Source of the DNA: Catajapyx aquilonaris
Lineage: Eukaryota
Assembly: GCA_000934665.2 (NCBI GenBank)
Contig: JYFJ02000469.1
Coordinates: 116,555 to 136,554, forward strand
Length of the DNA: 20,000 nucleotides
Direction of reading: 5' to 3'
Numbering within the stretch: the first letter of the stretch is position 1; every line of letters begins with the position of its first letter. Of the stretch, positions 10,044 through 20,000 are shown in pieces. Below the pieces are notes generated by a model. That model saw nothing but the letters and a program-made list of their open reading frames with translations, was not told the DNA's origin and did not search any database. Made by a program: the position numbers and the translations under genes.

Positions 10044-11143
10044 TTAGAGAATTCTTGCATGTCAGGTTAATAGCTCTGATTGTGTGTTAATAACTTGTAT
10101 ATTTATCACATAAAATGCCACCTCAAATGTAACATTGACTCCAGATAAAAAGCTTCATGTGAGTGGCACTCTGCCAATAAGTTGTGACGTGACTAATCAA
10201 TATGCCGAGTCGTCCTCAATTATGAAAATAAAACTTGGGGCTGATGCCATTGCTTTGTAAAAATGCACCAGAACTCTCTTTTTTAAATTACGCAGACCCA
10301 GACCTCATATGAGAAAGATACTCAGGCTGCTGTGGGGAGATCAGCTCTTTCATTTGTACACTTCATCATCGCTTGTGATTATGCACAATAATCTCACTTG
10401 AGGAAGGATTACACACTACTCCAAATTACATGTGCTTGTGCAACAAAGCCAGCGGATAACACATCGACCCCTTGTACAACAGTGTTGATAAGACGAACAG
10501 CACATCCCTTAGGAAGATAAATTTATAAGCAAACAAGTTGCATTCAATGGCCACAAAGGTCATCAAAACCACAGCATAATCAGGCAAATACCTCAAACCT
10601 ACTGTGCTTTTGCTGGGATATTTCCATCGTTAATCCACATTTGCACATGCAGATTCGGTTATCTGAACAGCTGTTGTTTTAAGTACACCAACTGTTGCAG
10701 AACATATCGGCCTATGCAATTTTGACCAAAGTTTGTGCACGAGCACCCCACTAATGTGCTATCAGCAATTTCAGGCCATATTCAATACAAAGTTACACAT
10801 CCATACGTGGGAAATTAGCTTATATACCATGTAACTCAATTTAAAAATTTAAAATGGCAGCAATGTCTCACATTATGCCCTAGCATAACTACCAGGCCTA
10901 CTTATTGGCCCCTAACTCTCTCATATTCTGAACTGATCAATCTTTTCATGCATGCTGTAAACATTTATGTGACAGCTCATAACAACTAATACAAATTACC
11001 ATACGGTGGAATACAACAGGGGCTACTGTTGACTCAATATTAGATCTTGACTAGCCAACATTATGAACCATGAAATTGGTTACCACACCTGATTTGGATA
11101 CTTGTTGCTCACTTTTTTTCGTTGCAAGTATTGTGAGGACTGA

Positions 11144-11238
11144 AGGCCTATACACACAGGCCATCGACGGTTTTGGTTTTCGGTCGGCGTCAACGCCACC
11201 AAAAACCAAAACCGTCGACGGCCTGTGTGTATGGGCTT
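11144..11238. repeat. Near-perfect 95-bp palindrome/hairpin (likely Harbinger-type MITE)
   Basis: aggcctatacacacaggccatcgacggttttggttttcggtcggcgt pairs with acgccaccaaaaaccaaaaccgtcgacggcctgtgtgtatgggctt. Confidence 0.85.
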
Positions 11239-11284
11239 AAGCTTTGCGAAAAGCAGGCTGAAGAGCCAGTTTACTAAAGGTTAA

Positions 11285-11587
11285 TACAATGGGGTAGTCA
11301 CTCCCGAAAAAATTGTACACTGGCTCTCTTGAATTGGGGCTCTCCGCGGCTCTCTGTGGCAGCAGTGAGCCAGTAACACCATAGGCGAGCCAGTGTATAC
11401 TCACTGATGAGCAAGTTGGTGAGCCGGGGAGGGCTGCGGAAAGCCGAGGAGAGCCGAGGAGGCTGCCGAAGGCAAACTACGTCATACGATGCGGAATGAT
11501 GAGGAACAAAGGCATGTTTTGCCCCGGCTCTCCACAGCCCATCAGTGAGGGTGTACATCGGCTCTCTGAAGTGACTACCACCTTGGG
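11285..11587. mobile_element. Degenerate piggyBac-like non-autonomous element
   Basis: TTAA at 11281-11284 and 11588-11591; right end ...TTGGG; IR ggtagtcact(11293)/agtgactacc(11570); internal IRs and 10-bp gagccgagga repeats. Confidence 0.55.
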
Positions 11588-11951
11588 TTAATGATGCAAC
11601 AATGCCCAAGCATTTACAATATGCTACTAAAATAGTGAAATGTACCAAGAGAAACCTTTTCTAGGCAAAACTGTGGAATTGGGCAACTGTCCTACAGAGA
11701 AAAAGAAAAAAGCCACATCTGCACACTAGTGAGGTAGCATTTTCGAGATGTCCAACCCAAATGACCTCACTGCAATGTACAAACGCATTTTTTTCCTGGT
11801 CGGAAAGCAGTATACAGGCATCATTGTCCTCATAGCTTGCAGCCTCTTTAGCCAGAATATCACTGTAATGCCCAGCCACACTTCTCATGCAACATCAGGC
11901 TCGACACCCCAATATTACAACTGCCAACTTGACCAGTGCATCTCACACACC

Positions 11952-12017
11952 CAAGGGGTTAATCACTCATCAAGTCAAGTCCGTTGCATGCTCAACTGAC
12001 GAGTGATTTACCCCTTG
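11952..12017. repeat. Inverted repeat (21-bp arms, 24-nt loop)
   Basis: caaggggttaatcactcatca / tgacgagtgatttaccccttg, 19/21 complementary. Confidence 0.75.
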
Positions 12018-12117
12018 CACACACCTGGCTGTAACAACAATATGGCTGGGTTTAATCACTCTTTTTAGCTACCTTTTAGACCTATGCAATGTGCAGATTC
12101 AACATGTGAATGCTTAG

Positions 12118-12298
12118 TCTACACACAGCCAGTCGTATGCCCGAAAGTACCTTGGGTGCCGGTACTCCCTGCCCTTAGGTGTAAGAACCCCGCACGATAA
12201 GATACTGCGGTACATCCTGCAGGGTCGGACAAGCACCATTTACAAAGGCTGCCCGACCCCTCGGCGGATCCTTACAACTGAAACTGGCTGTGTGTAGA
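12118..12298. mobile_element. MITE-like element with perfect 16-bp TIRs
   Basis: tctacacacagccagt ... actggctgtgtgtaga; TIR core TACACACAG shared with the 11144 element. Confidence 0.7.
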
Positions 12299-12347
12299 AC
12301 CTGCTGTGGTGGCAACTTACCAGACGGAATTACGACCAAGTGTTGTT

Positions 12348-12394
12348 CGACCCAAGCAGCCTTCTTAAATAATTTAGGAAGGCTGCTTGGGTCG
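12348..12394. repeat. 47-bp near-perfect palindrome
   Basis: cgacccaagcagccttcttaaat-a-atttaggaaggctgcttgggtcg, 22/23 paired. Confidence 0.85.
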
Positions 12395-12401
12395 GGATTT
12401 G

Positions 12402-12466
12402 GGGGGATTTAATCGCGCTGTTGTTCCAATAATTACCATTGAAACAACAGCGCGATTAAATCCCCC
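12402..12466. repeat. 65-bp hairpin (29-bp arms, 7-nt loop)
   Basis: gggggatttaatcgcgctgttgttccaat / attgaaacaacagcgcgattaaatccccc, 28/29 paired. Confidence 0.85.
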
Positions 12467-12807
12467 TGCCCTTCCTCCTCCTCCTCGAGTACACGTCACC
12501 TGGATCCGTCCAATATGGACCACAACCCACTAGCAGTAGAGAGCACCGATTTGGCAAGTGACAGTGTGGGACAAGTGCCCTAGGTCCCAGATTATATACA
12601 CCTTTTTTCCGCCCGTGCCAGTTGCCGCGTTGGCCCAGCAAACGTATTCGGAGTATACACAACCCGAAAAAGGATGATTCACCGGCAGGTCACGCCACCC
12701 ACCCCCACTTTTTTTAAGTCGGTGATGCAACGAAGGGCCAACCGGGAGTGCAGGTCGTGTTCCTTGCGTACGTGTAGCGTTCTTTTCCCCCCGGCTGATG
12801 CCCTCAC

Positions 12808-12870
12808 CTTGTCTAGTCCGGCCGCAGCGAAAGGAAAGGGAAAATGGCGGAAAAAGGTAGACTCAGCCGG
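12808..12870 (-). other. ARF1: Probable non-coding first exon of ARF1 (5' end approximate)
   Basis: CpG-rich segment with donor AAG|GTGAGG at 12807, YY1-type CCGCCATTTT motif and pyrimidine-rich leader; the coding exon at 10026 has an acceptor that needs an upstream exon. Confidence 0.55.
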
Positions 12871-13060
12871 ACAGGAGGGAGGGAGAGGGGGGGGGGGGGC
12901 ANGGGGGGGCAATGAGTTCTACAGTGAATGGGGAGGGAGGGAGGGTACCAACTGCCACGTAGAGTTGGATGAGTCACGGCTGCCATTGGCCAATTCCATG
13001 TCACGTGGGGATGCGGGGGTGATCGGTGATTGGAGCAGGTTGGGGGAAGATGGCGCTGCT
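12871..13060 (-). promoter_or_regulatory. Putative ARF1 promoter
   Basis: G-tracts 12873-12945, TGCCACGT 12953-12960, TGAGTCA 12970-12976, ATTGGCCAAT 12985-12994, GTCACGTGG 13000-13008, ATTGG 13029. Confidence 0.5.
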
Positions 13061-13301
13061 CAATTCGAAGGAGGAGGAGGAGGAAGAAGCGGAAGCCATG
13101 TTTGATCTAGTCAACCTGTATGCGACGATCTGTGGTTGTTCGATTGGATGGGGATGGCAGAGCCACGGTGCGAGTCTCATTGGAAAGCGGAAGGTCCTTG
13201 TAGTTGTTCCAGTTGTTCGTAGATGGCGGGGACATCTGCAAATAGGGTTCATCGTTCATGCAGCTCCTTTTGAATGAATCTTGAATTTTGTTCGAACCAA
13301 G

Positions 13302-13455
13302 ATTATTTGTTTGTTAGTTAGTTTAGTAAATTACTTACTTATTTAATTTATTATTTGTGTTTGTTTAGTGACTTTTTTGTTTCAGTTATTCAGTTAAAAT
13401 TAGCTATTTAGTTATGTAGCTGGATAGTTATTTGTTTGTTTAGTTAGTTATTAAC
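13302..13455. repeat. Degenerate (TTAG/TTTG/TTAT)n low-complexity repeat
   Basis: ttatttgtttgttagttagtttagtaaattacttacttattt...tttgtttgtttagttagttatt. Confidence 0.7.
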
Positions 13456-16070
13456 TCATATAGGCCTACAGCAAACAGCATGACCCTGGCATGACCTATT
13501 GGCTATTGTCCCCGGTAGGGAACATTTCAACTATTACAATAATTTCGAAATGTACTGATATGGTGCAGTACAGTACACTCTACAGATGTGTTATGTTTCT
13601 TCATTTGGTCATAAAAAGAAGACATTTACGGTATCAAATTTAAACAAAGAAATAAAGACATATCTGAGTTAATTAATATTAATTGTTGTTGTTGTGTTAG
13701 GGTCTGTAAGCACATTTCATTATATTATGAGTAATGTGCTGCCTTTTCATGGGTCAGTTTTACCTCTGCTTCCCAGATTACCCTACAAAAGGGAGGAAAA
13801 ATAAATGCATCTTTTTTTATATTTTTAATTTTTAATTCAGCAGCTTCAATAAATAACAGATCGTTTTGGAGAATTTGTGACTAAAATATAATTATTTTAC
13901 AACACATACATATATGCACATCGTAACAGATGGGTCGTTCAGTTTTATCCCACATAAAGTATGCAGTGACAAAATTGTACACTATGTACACCCCGTAGTG
14001 ATGCAAAACCACATAACTTTTTTTTTTCCAGGCTCGACTTTCTGATAAAGGCACCAATGGGTGATGGACATACGTCCCCCACCTGTAGGCAAAATCAATT
14101 CCATTGTGAAATGGAAATTATTCATTTTTTTTTGTTAAAATACTGCTTTTACAACTGGCATAAGAACAACAACCAAGTAGTTTGACACTAGTTAGTTTCA
14201 CAGGAACATTGCAATTACCTTTATACCACAACTATAACCACTTATCTGAACATTTTTCAAATAGTTATATGGTCTTGCAGTCAGCGACAGTATTACGCAC
14301 ACACTACTGGTTCCAATAAACTGGGATCGGTTTCACAGGGGGATTCTGGCAATATTTTTCAAAGAGTTCGTCTTCACTTGAAGTGACAGAAACAAAATTT
14401 TGGAACTCCATTTTAAGCACAACTGCTTCGTTGGTCATTTTGTTGGCATTGTCTCATTGTCAGGCATTGTTTTTTAACAACCCAGTCTGCACCTAAGGTC
14501 ACAATATATACATATCACAGGTGGTGAAATATTTCTTTCAATGAAGCCGCATAAATGTAGAGACAAGTTGGAAAGCTGGCTTTTTAACTGCTTCTCTGCT
14601 TGTCCCCAATTATTTTTTCTCCCAGTATATACACTTTGCTCAGCATTCAACTCATTCACACATCTCTTCCACAAGTAATCTGAACATTGCAATATATTCT
14701 ACCAACAAGGGATTATTGTGCCTCCCGAGGTTCTTCAGCTCTCTACTTAAGCCACAAGTTTTCGTGTACTTTGTTATAAGGCCTACAAGTCTATTATCAT
14801 GGTTGTTTTACAGGCAATTTTTCTCTCACGACATCAGATTATAGGTTCTGTTCCAGCCCGACTTTTAAAACTATTACTATGAATGCAGATTCCACAAAGC
14901 TAGCGTTTCACTATGTAGTACAACAATTATATTTTTGTAAAGAGGACATGGTAAACGAGACAAAAAAATGCAGTTTTCTGGCAAATCTGATCAAGGCTAA
15001 CAGACACAGTTAATTTTGGTCCGAGAACCTGAGGTAGGTTGGCCACAAGTTTCGTATAATGAGCATTAATTCATTAAAGTTTTTTTTTGACATTTGAATC
15101 AGTTGGCAATCATTTGGAAGCACATTTCTTCTCTTTTTGGAAAGACAGAGTCAAGGCTGCAATGCAGGCATTTTCGTTGTTACATATAAACTGCTGTGTA
15201 ATCACAATATTGTTGTACTGTACTTGCTATTTCGCTGCTATACAGGAGCAACGCTACTGTGTGAAATAATGCCTAAAAACTGTGCAATGCAGATACCATA
15301 AGGGGAGTGCTTAGTACTACGGTACTGTTCGACTATTTCTTTTTTAAAATGTCTCTTGACATTGGGCACAGTCACTTCAAAAAAAAAATTAAATGGCATT
15401 ATACTATTTTTTGGCATTGTAGCAATGTCTTTATGTGTCAACTTGGAATTTACTTTAGTAGCACATTTGGGTACGTATATAAATAATTGAAGGCAGAATT
15501 TGCAACTATACCGGGGACAAAATACATCAGCACTTGCAAAAAGTACAACTGGAAGTCTGGATCAGTCACAGGCCTGCCGTCAAAATGGCGAGAACCAAGT
15601 AATAATTTCTGGTAGTGAAAAGACACTTCTAAAGTGGAATACAAAAGCTTCCATACATCTAGACAAGTACAAATCACGGGGACAATACATCAGAACCAGT
15701 ACCATAAACAACAGTTTTTTATAAACTATTATTTGCCTCTTTCTGATTCAGCCTCAAAGCTCTGGAATTATACAAAAATTTATGCAAAATATACTTTGAG
15801 ATTTAACGCTTCCAAGTTGGCCCAGCATTTTTGAAAATGGTCCCCCGTGGGAGAGTGTCAAAAGGCCATTTCAGCAAAACAATAGATATAATGCAACGGA
15901 TGTGCTGTAGAGTTAAACTCCATGACTGCGCAAATACAAGAGTAGCAAGTATATGGTTTTTTTTCGTCTCTTTGAGAGTTCATTTAGCGGAAGTCATCGA
16001 CAATATTCTCACCCACAGAAATGTCCACCTTCACACACACACTGTTTCTAACAACTCCGTGTCTTTTATG

Positions 16071-16540
16071 CTAGAGCAGAGTTCCCTCCGGTTTCCCCCA
16101 TAACACTATTGTTGTGTACGCTCCCGAAGGAGCTGCATTGTTGAGACACTTTTCCACTTTCTCCACCGGCTCGGTGGATATAGCGACATTGACGTCTCTA
16201 AACACATTGTTCTGCTGCTTCTCCGCCTGGAGATTTTGATTGAGTTTGGCATTGGCAGCATTCTTGCTGTCCACTGTCACCACCTGCTGGTAGTGCGGCT
16301 CCTGAAGAAGCCGGTGAGACTTGGAGAAGTGGTGTTGGCGCCGCACCTCCATGGCTTTCTGGTGTCTCTTGCTGTCCTTCCGTAGCATCCGGACAGCCAG
16401 CACAACCAGCAGTATGAGAATAAAGATTCCGCAGATGGGCACAGCAATAGTAGCCGCCTTGAACCACACATCCTGTCGCAAGGCTGCGTCCTGTCCAAAG
16501 TAGGATGAACCATCATTGCTGCCGCTTCCACCTGACACAC
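16071..16540 (-). CDS. BAMBI: BAMBI terminal exon: transmembrane helix and cytoplasmic tail
   Basis: Acceptor ttgttgtttcag|GT; WFKAATIAVPI motif then hydrophobic helix; TAG at 16073-16071. Confidence 0.93.
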
Positions 16541-19431
16541 CTGAAACAACAACAATACATTAATCACAATTGAATAAAAATGGTGCGGTTCCAATACTAC
16601 AGCACATTTGCACCTGTTCTTTCCTCATAATTATGCATGGAACAGAGCACTTGGTGGAGTATCAATATTTGCCCAGACCATTCTTTGAGGGGACAAAAGG
16701 TGAGTGATGTTGATAATCTGGCGGCAGCCCATGGGCCCATTGTGTCCCATTGTGAGCCGCATTACTTCCCAATCCCAAGGATGTTTTGGGGGGCTGACAA
16801 GCCGGGGCTTCTAAAGGGGGGACGTTTCAATAAGTGGCCTTCTTGTAGGAGGCCCTTAGAGGCCATAGTCGGGCATCAAGCGCAGGTCCAATGGGCCTTG
16901 CGTGCCCGGGTGCATTAGAGCGGACGGGCGCCCCTCGAGCTGCCGGAGGGGGTCAGCCTGGGTCATTGCTTTCGGTTGCTGCTTTGCCTGCCAAGCCCCC
17001 ACGTGAAGGGCCTCACAACTAACTTGGAGGAAGAAGCAGGACAACAACAACAAAAAAAAAGTCGGGTGAAGAGGAGGAATTTTCTTCAGGTAGTTGCATG
17101 GCGCGGGGTGGTTTTGTTTCGTCCCTTTTTCAGTTTTTTTTCGCAGGCAAGTACCGGTACTGCCGCAATTTGAAGGGTCAAAGCCGTGATAACTCCTGCT
17201 GGTGTCATTTTGAGAAAGTTTACCATGTTTTCTAAAGGTGTGCTGATGCGCCGGCTATGCTAATACCTGTGGGAAAATACTAATCGCGAGGTGAATTTTT
17301 AATTACCCCGTTTGATTGCAATGCTGATGGCGTGCATGAATCCCGACTATAAATTGCAAGGATGGCCAGGTTCTTGCTCAAGGACGAGGTGTTTTTTAAG
17401 GAACAAAATGGGCCGAATCTGACTAGCCTGGGCATCAAATTGAATTATCAATTAACTCAAAAAAAATGCCTAGCGTCCTATGTTATAGGACACTTGTACT
17501 GTTATTCATTTTCTCACATGAAAACGAAAATTATGTTAAAGATTAAACAAAACAAAAAAATCTGGCATATCTGAGTTAATAAGTGGACAGATAGTTCTTT
17601 TAAAATTATTGCTGGAGTGAGCAATTAGGCAAGTGGCTACTCAATTATCAATTACAATTAGCTGAAGTGTCTATTGTGTGTGCAACATTATTGGGGCGAC
17701 ATGTTACACATTTGCTGATTTGCACCATATGTCACCACTGATAAGGTTGTGTACAATACACATTGTGGTTGATAAGAGGCTGATGCAACCTTTATGAGTG
17801 TATACGAACAAGTCTATTCCTGCACCAAGTTATCGCTGAATTATCCCCTCGTGCTTGCCTTGCACATTTTGGGGCAACCACAGGCCCGTGCAGAATGGGT
17901 CGCCCTATGCCAAATAATATTTCTGGCAGCTGCCAGACCATTTTCTGGGGGCGGACGCAACAAAACTGACAAAGGGGGGCAGTTATCGCCCGGCAGACTC
18001 GTCTCCGCCATTAGAAGGCCCGGCTAAAAGGGTCGGGGGAAGAAGATTTTTATTACCTAGTCTTGAGAAGGTGATGGCGGGTCTGTGGTGGGCCATACCC
18101 CACGGGGGGTATTTCGGCTCAAGGGGGGAAGAATCCACGGGGTTGGAGGCAAAAACCAACAGCGGATAACAAAGCGTGGTAACCCCCCCATGCCAGATGG
18201 AAATGCATCATCCCCAAGCTGCAGAAGGCCCCTGCTTGCCCTAATGGGGGTCACTTTTCGAGGTCTCATGTCAGCTCCCAGAGTGCATTCGCCTTTGGAT
18301 GGTAAAAGAAAGAAGAGGGGACCACCCCCCGGGAATGTTTACTTGCTGGAAAGACTCACCAGTGTAACTTTCGTTGAGCTTGGTCACCTGGATCCAGATC
18401 TCCAGATTGCCGCTGTAGTTGCACATGTCTTCGTTACAGCACATGAGCGAGGGACTAACTCTTGCTTTGGCATTGGGATGAGTGATGCATTCGTTGGATG
18501 GCCTGGAAGAGAAATGAATTAGTTGAATATTAATTAAGCGAGAATTACATAGTAGGGTTCTACATGTTGGACACTTGTACAATTGTGTATACAATGCAAA
18601 CAGCTAAACAACAAAATAGTGAGTTTCCAATGGAGCATCCACTTTAATGCTCATGTAATGCTCTTTTAATGTTTTTGTTGCTAAAAGCATCGAAAAAACA
18701 TTACAGGAGCATCACAAGAGCATTAACAATTGATGTTCTATGAGAAACTCAGTAGTGATGCTCTTTTAATGCTCTGATGATGCTCTTGTGGTGTTCCTGT
18801 AATGTTTTTTGATACTTTTTAGCAACCAAACATTACAAGAGCATCACAAGAGCATTTAAAATGTGTTTTTCTATGGCTGATGCTCTTTTTGACGTTAATG
18901 CTTCTTGGGGCATTTCGGTTTGCAGTGTAGTTATTGCGTTAGTTCGCCATTTGATCATTAAAAATAGATTTTTAAATTATTCGGGCATATCTGGGTTAAG
19001 GACAAAATATCGTGGGCATAAGCACACATTTCATGCAAGTCTGACAATGCGGCGCGTGATCTGCCCACGATCTACTCAAAGAGCACGGGAGTAAACAAAC
19101 TGCACAGTCCCAAGGCATTTTTTTCTTCTTCTTATACTGCACTGTCAGCATACTTGTACACATAATTACAGTCCGCCTGCTTCTAATAGCCATCCCACGT
19201 TGCAACGGTTTGATTGATTTTGGCCTTCTTTGCCAAAAGTGGCCTTGCTTCTAAGAAACCCTTGGCAACAAAATGTGATCCCTCACCTGGAGATGAGCTC
19301 GAGGCATCCATGCCTTGTTTTGCTGAGATCCGAGTGATCCACCACTTCCGAGAAGCAAGTCCCCTGGGCCGACTTGCACATGTAACCGGTGCTCACACAA
19401 GCCGGGAGGTTGCAGGAGCATCTGATGTCAC
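16071..19431 (-). CDS. BAMBI: BMP and activin membrane-bound inhibitor (BAMBI), 5'-partial; join(19431..19287,18502..18360,16540..16071)
   Basis: DIRCSCNLPACVSTGYMCKS...CFS...HGCL, CCNEDMCNY, VWFKAATIAVPICGIFILILLVVLAVRMLR match BAMBI signature motifs; splice phases 1/2/1 are consistent; no kinase domain. Confidence 0.93.
18360..18502 (-). CDS. BAMBI: BAMBI ectodomain exon with cysteine box (CCNEDMCNY)
   Basis: Acceptor catttctcttccag|G; donor G|GTGAGT at 18359. Confidence 0.9.
18592..18927. mobile_element. Non-autonomous CACT-type (EnSpm/CMC-like) DNA element in a BAMBI intron
   Basis: Ends CAATGCAAAC / GTTTGCAGTG flanked by TA; many direct and inverted copies of gagcatcacaagagcatt / gatgctcttttaatg; related copy at 6258-6387. 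Confidence 0.65.
19287..19431 (-). CDS. BAMBI: BAMBI first ectodomain exon (not in ORF track)
   Basis: cag|GT GAC ATC AGA TGC...; (G)DIRCSCNLPACVSTGYMCKSAQGTCFSEVVDHSDLSKTRHGCLELIS(R); donor AG|GTGAGG at 19286. Confidence 0.92.
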
Positions 19432-20000
19432 CTGTCGATCAACAAAGAGGTCATGAACATACACCCTCACACACAAAAAAAAAGAAATCCCAAAAGGGCT
19501 TAGTAATTAACCCGGGCTCTTTGTCACGAAGTGATCCGCTCGGAGCCGACAAGAAGAGCTCTCTAAAAGATAAACACCACCTGCGGACTGCGAAAGGAGG
19601 AGATTTCAGCAATGTAATGACTTTGCAGAAAAAAAACCCATGACCCCGCAGGTAGTCACCGAAACGAATTTTTCGGCTGAGTTAACGGTTTCATTACCCA
19701 GCAACTCAGGTGCAGTACTGTACATCGTGAAAATGCTCATTTATTACAACATGGAAAGTCAGCAACAACGTTGCACACAAAATATGTGCTTCATAGGCAT
19801 GCTGATGTGATGTTATCAACACTAAGCCCATTAGGGGTTCGTGCCAAAACTAACTTTTGAGGGGCCGTACCGTAGCGGACGTAATGTCGCAACGACTCAT
19901 TGCTGTTGCTAATGGACGTCGCAATCAACGTACCAGAAAACCGGAAGAAGGGGGTTCGTCCCCCCCCTCCTAAAGTTTGTAAGAGAGAGAGAGAGGGGGG

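Noticed and set aside
10322..10369. C/D-box-like motifs (ATGATGA...CTGA...CTGA) on minus in ARF1 intron 1
   Set aside because: Span only ~48 nt with no terminal stem or recognisable rRNA guide.
13026..13277. Divergent ORF MALLNSKEEEEEEAEAMF with AAGATGGCG context
   Set aside because: No homology or downstream exons seen; explained by GGA repeats and a YY1-like motif in the promoter. A divergent non-coding transcript cannot be excluded.
16700..18330. GC-rich patches in the BAMBI intron as BMP/Smad response elements
   Set aside because: GGCGCC and GTCT/AGAC occur but I found no GRCGNC-N5-GTCT spacing.
19435..20000. Search for the BAMBI signal-peptide exon
   Set aside because: No ATG-initiated hydrophobic segment ending in a phase-1 donor was seen; the exon is presumably beyond the window.

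Overview
Eukaryotic (invertebrate, probably non-dipteran arthropod) genomic DNA with four spliced protein-coding genes. (1) The last two coding exons of the 26S proteasome lid subunit PSMD11/Rpn6 (+). (2) A convergent 5-exon inhibitor-of-apoptosis (IAP) gene (-, 5897..2443, ~950 aa) whose reconstructed architecture I do not recognise from known IAPs: tandem-DEVD N-terminus, BIR, DDI1-type ubiquitin-like domain, BIR, UBA, ~15 acidic helical repeats and a degenerate RING. (3) A complete class I ARF1 gene (-, 182 aa, C-terminus ...LKNANR as in insect Arf1). (4) The three downstream coding exons of BAMBI (-); its signal-peptide exon was not found in the window. Intergenic DNA and ARF1 intron 1 hold many small fold-back/MITE-like elements, and two of the 11 reconstructed introns need GC donors. 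The most interesting item is the IAP carrying a proteasome-shuttle-like UBL+UBA pair. All domain calls are by eye from motif memory; no database search was run.
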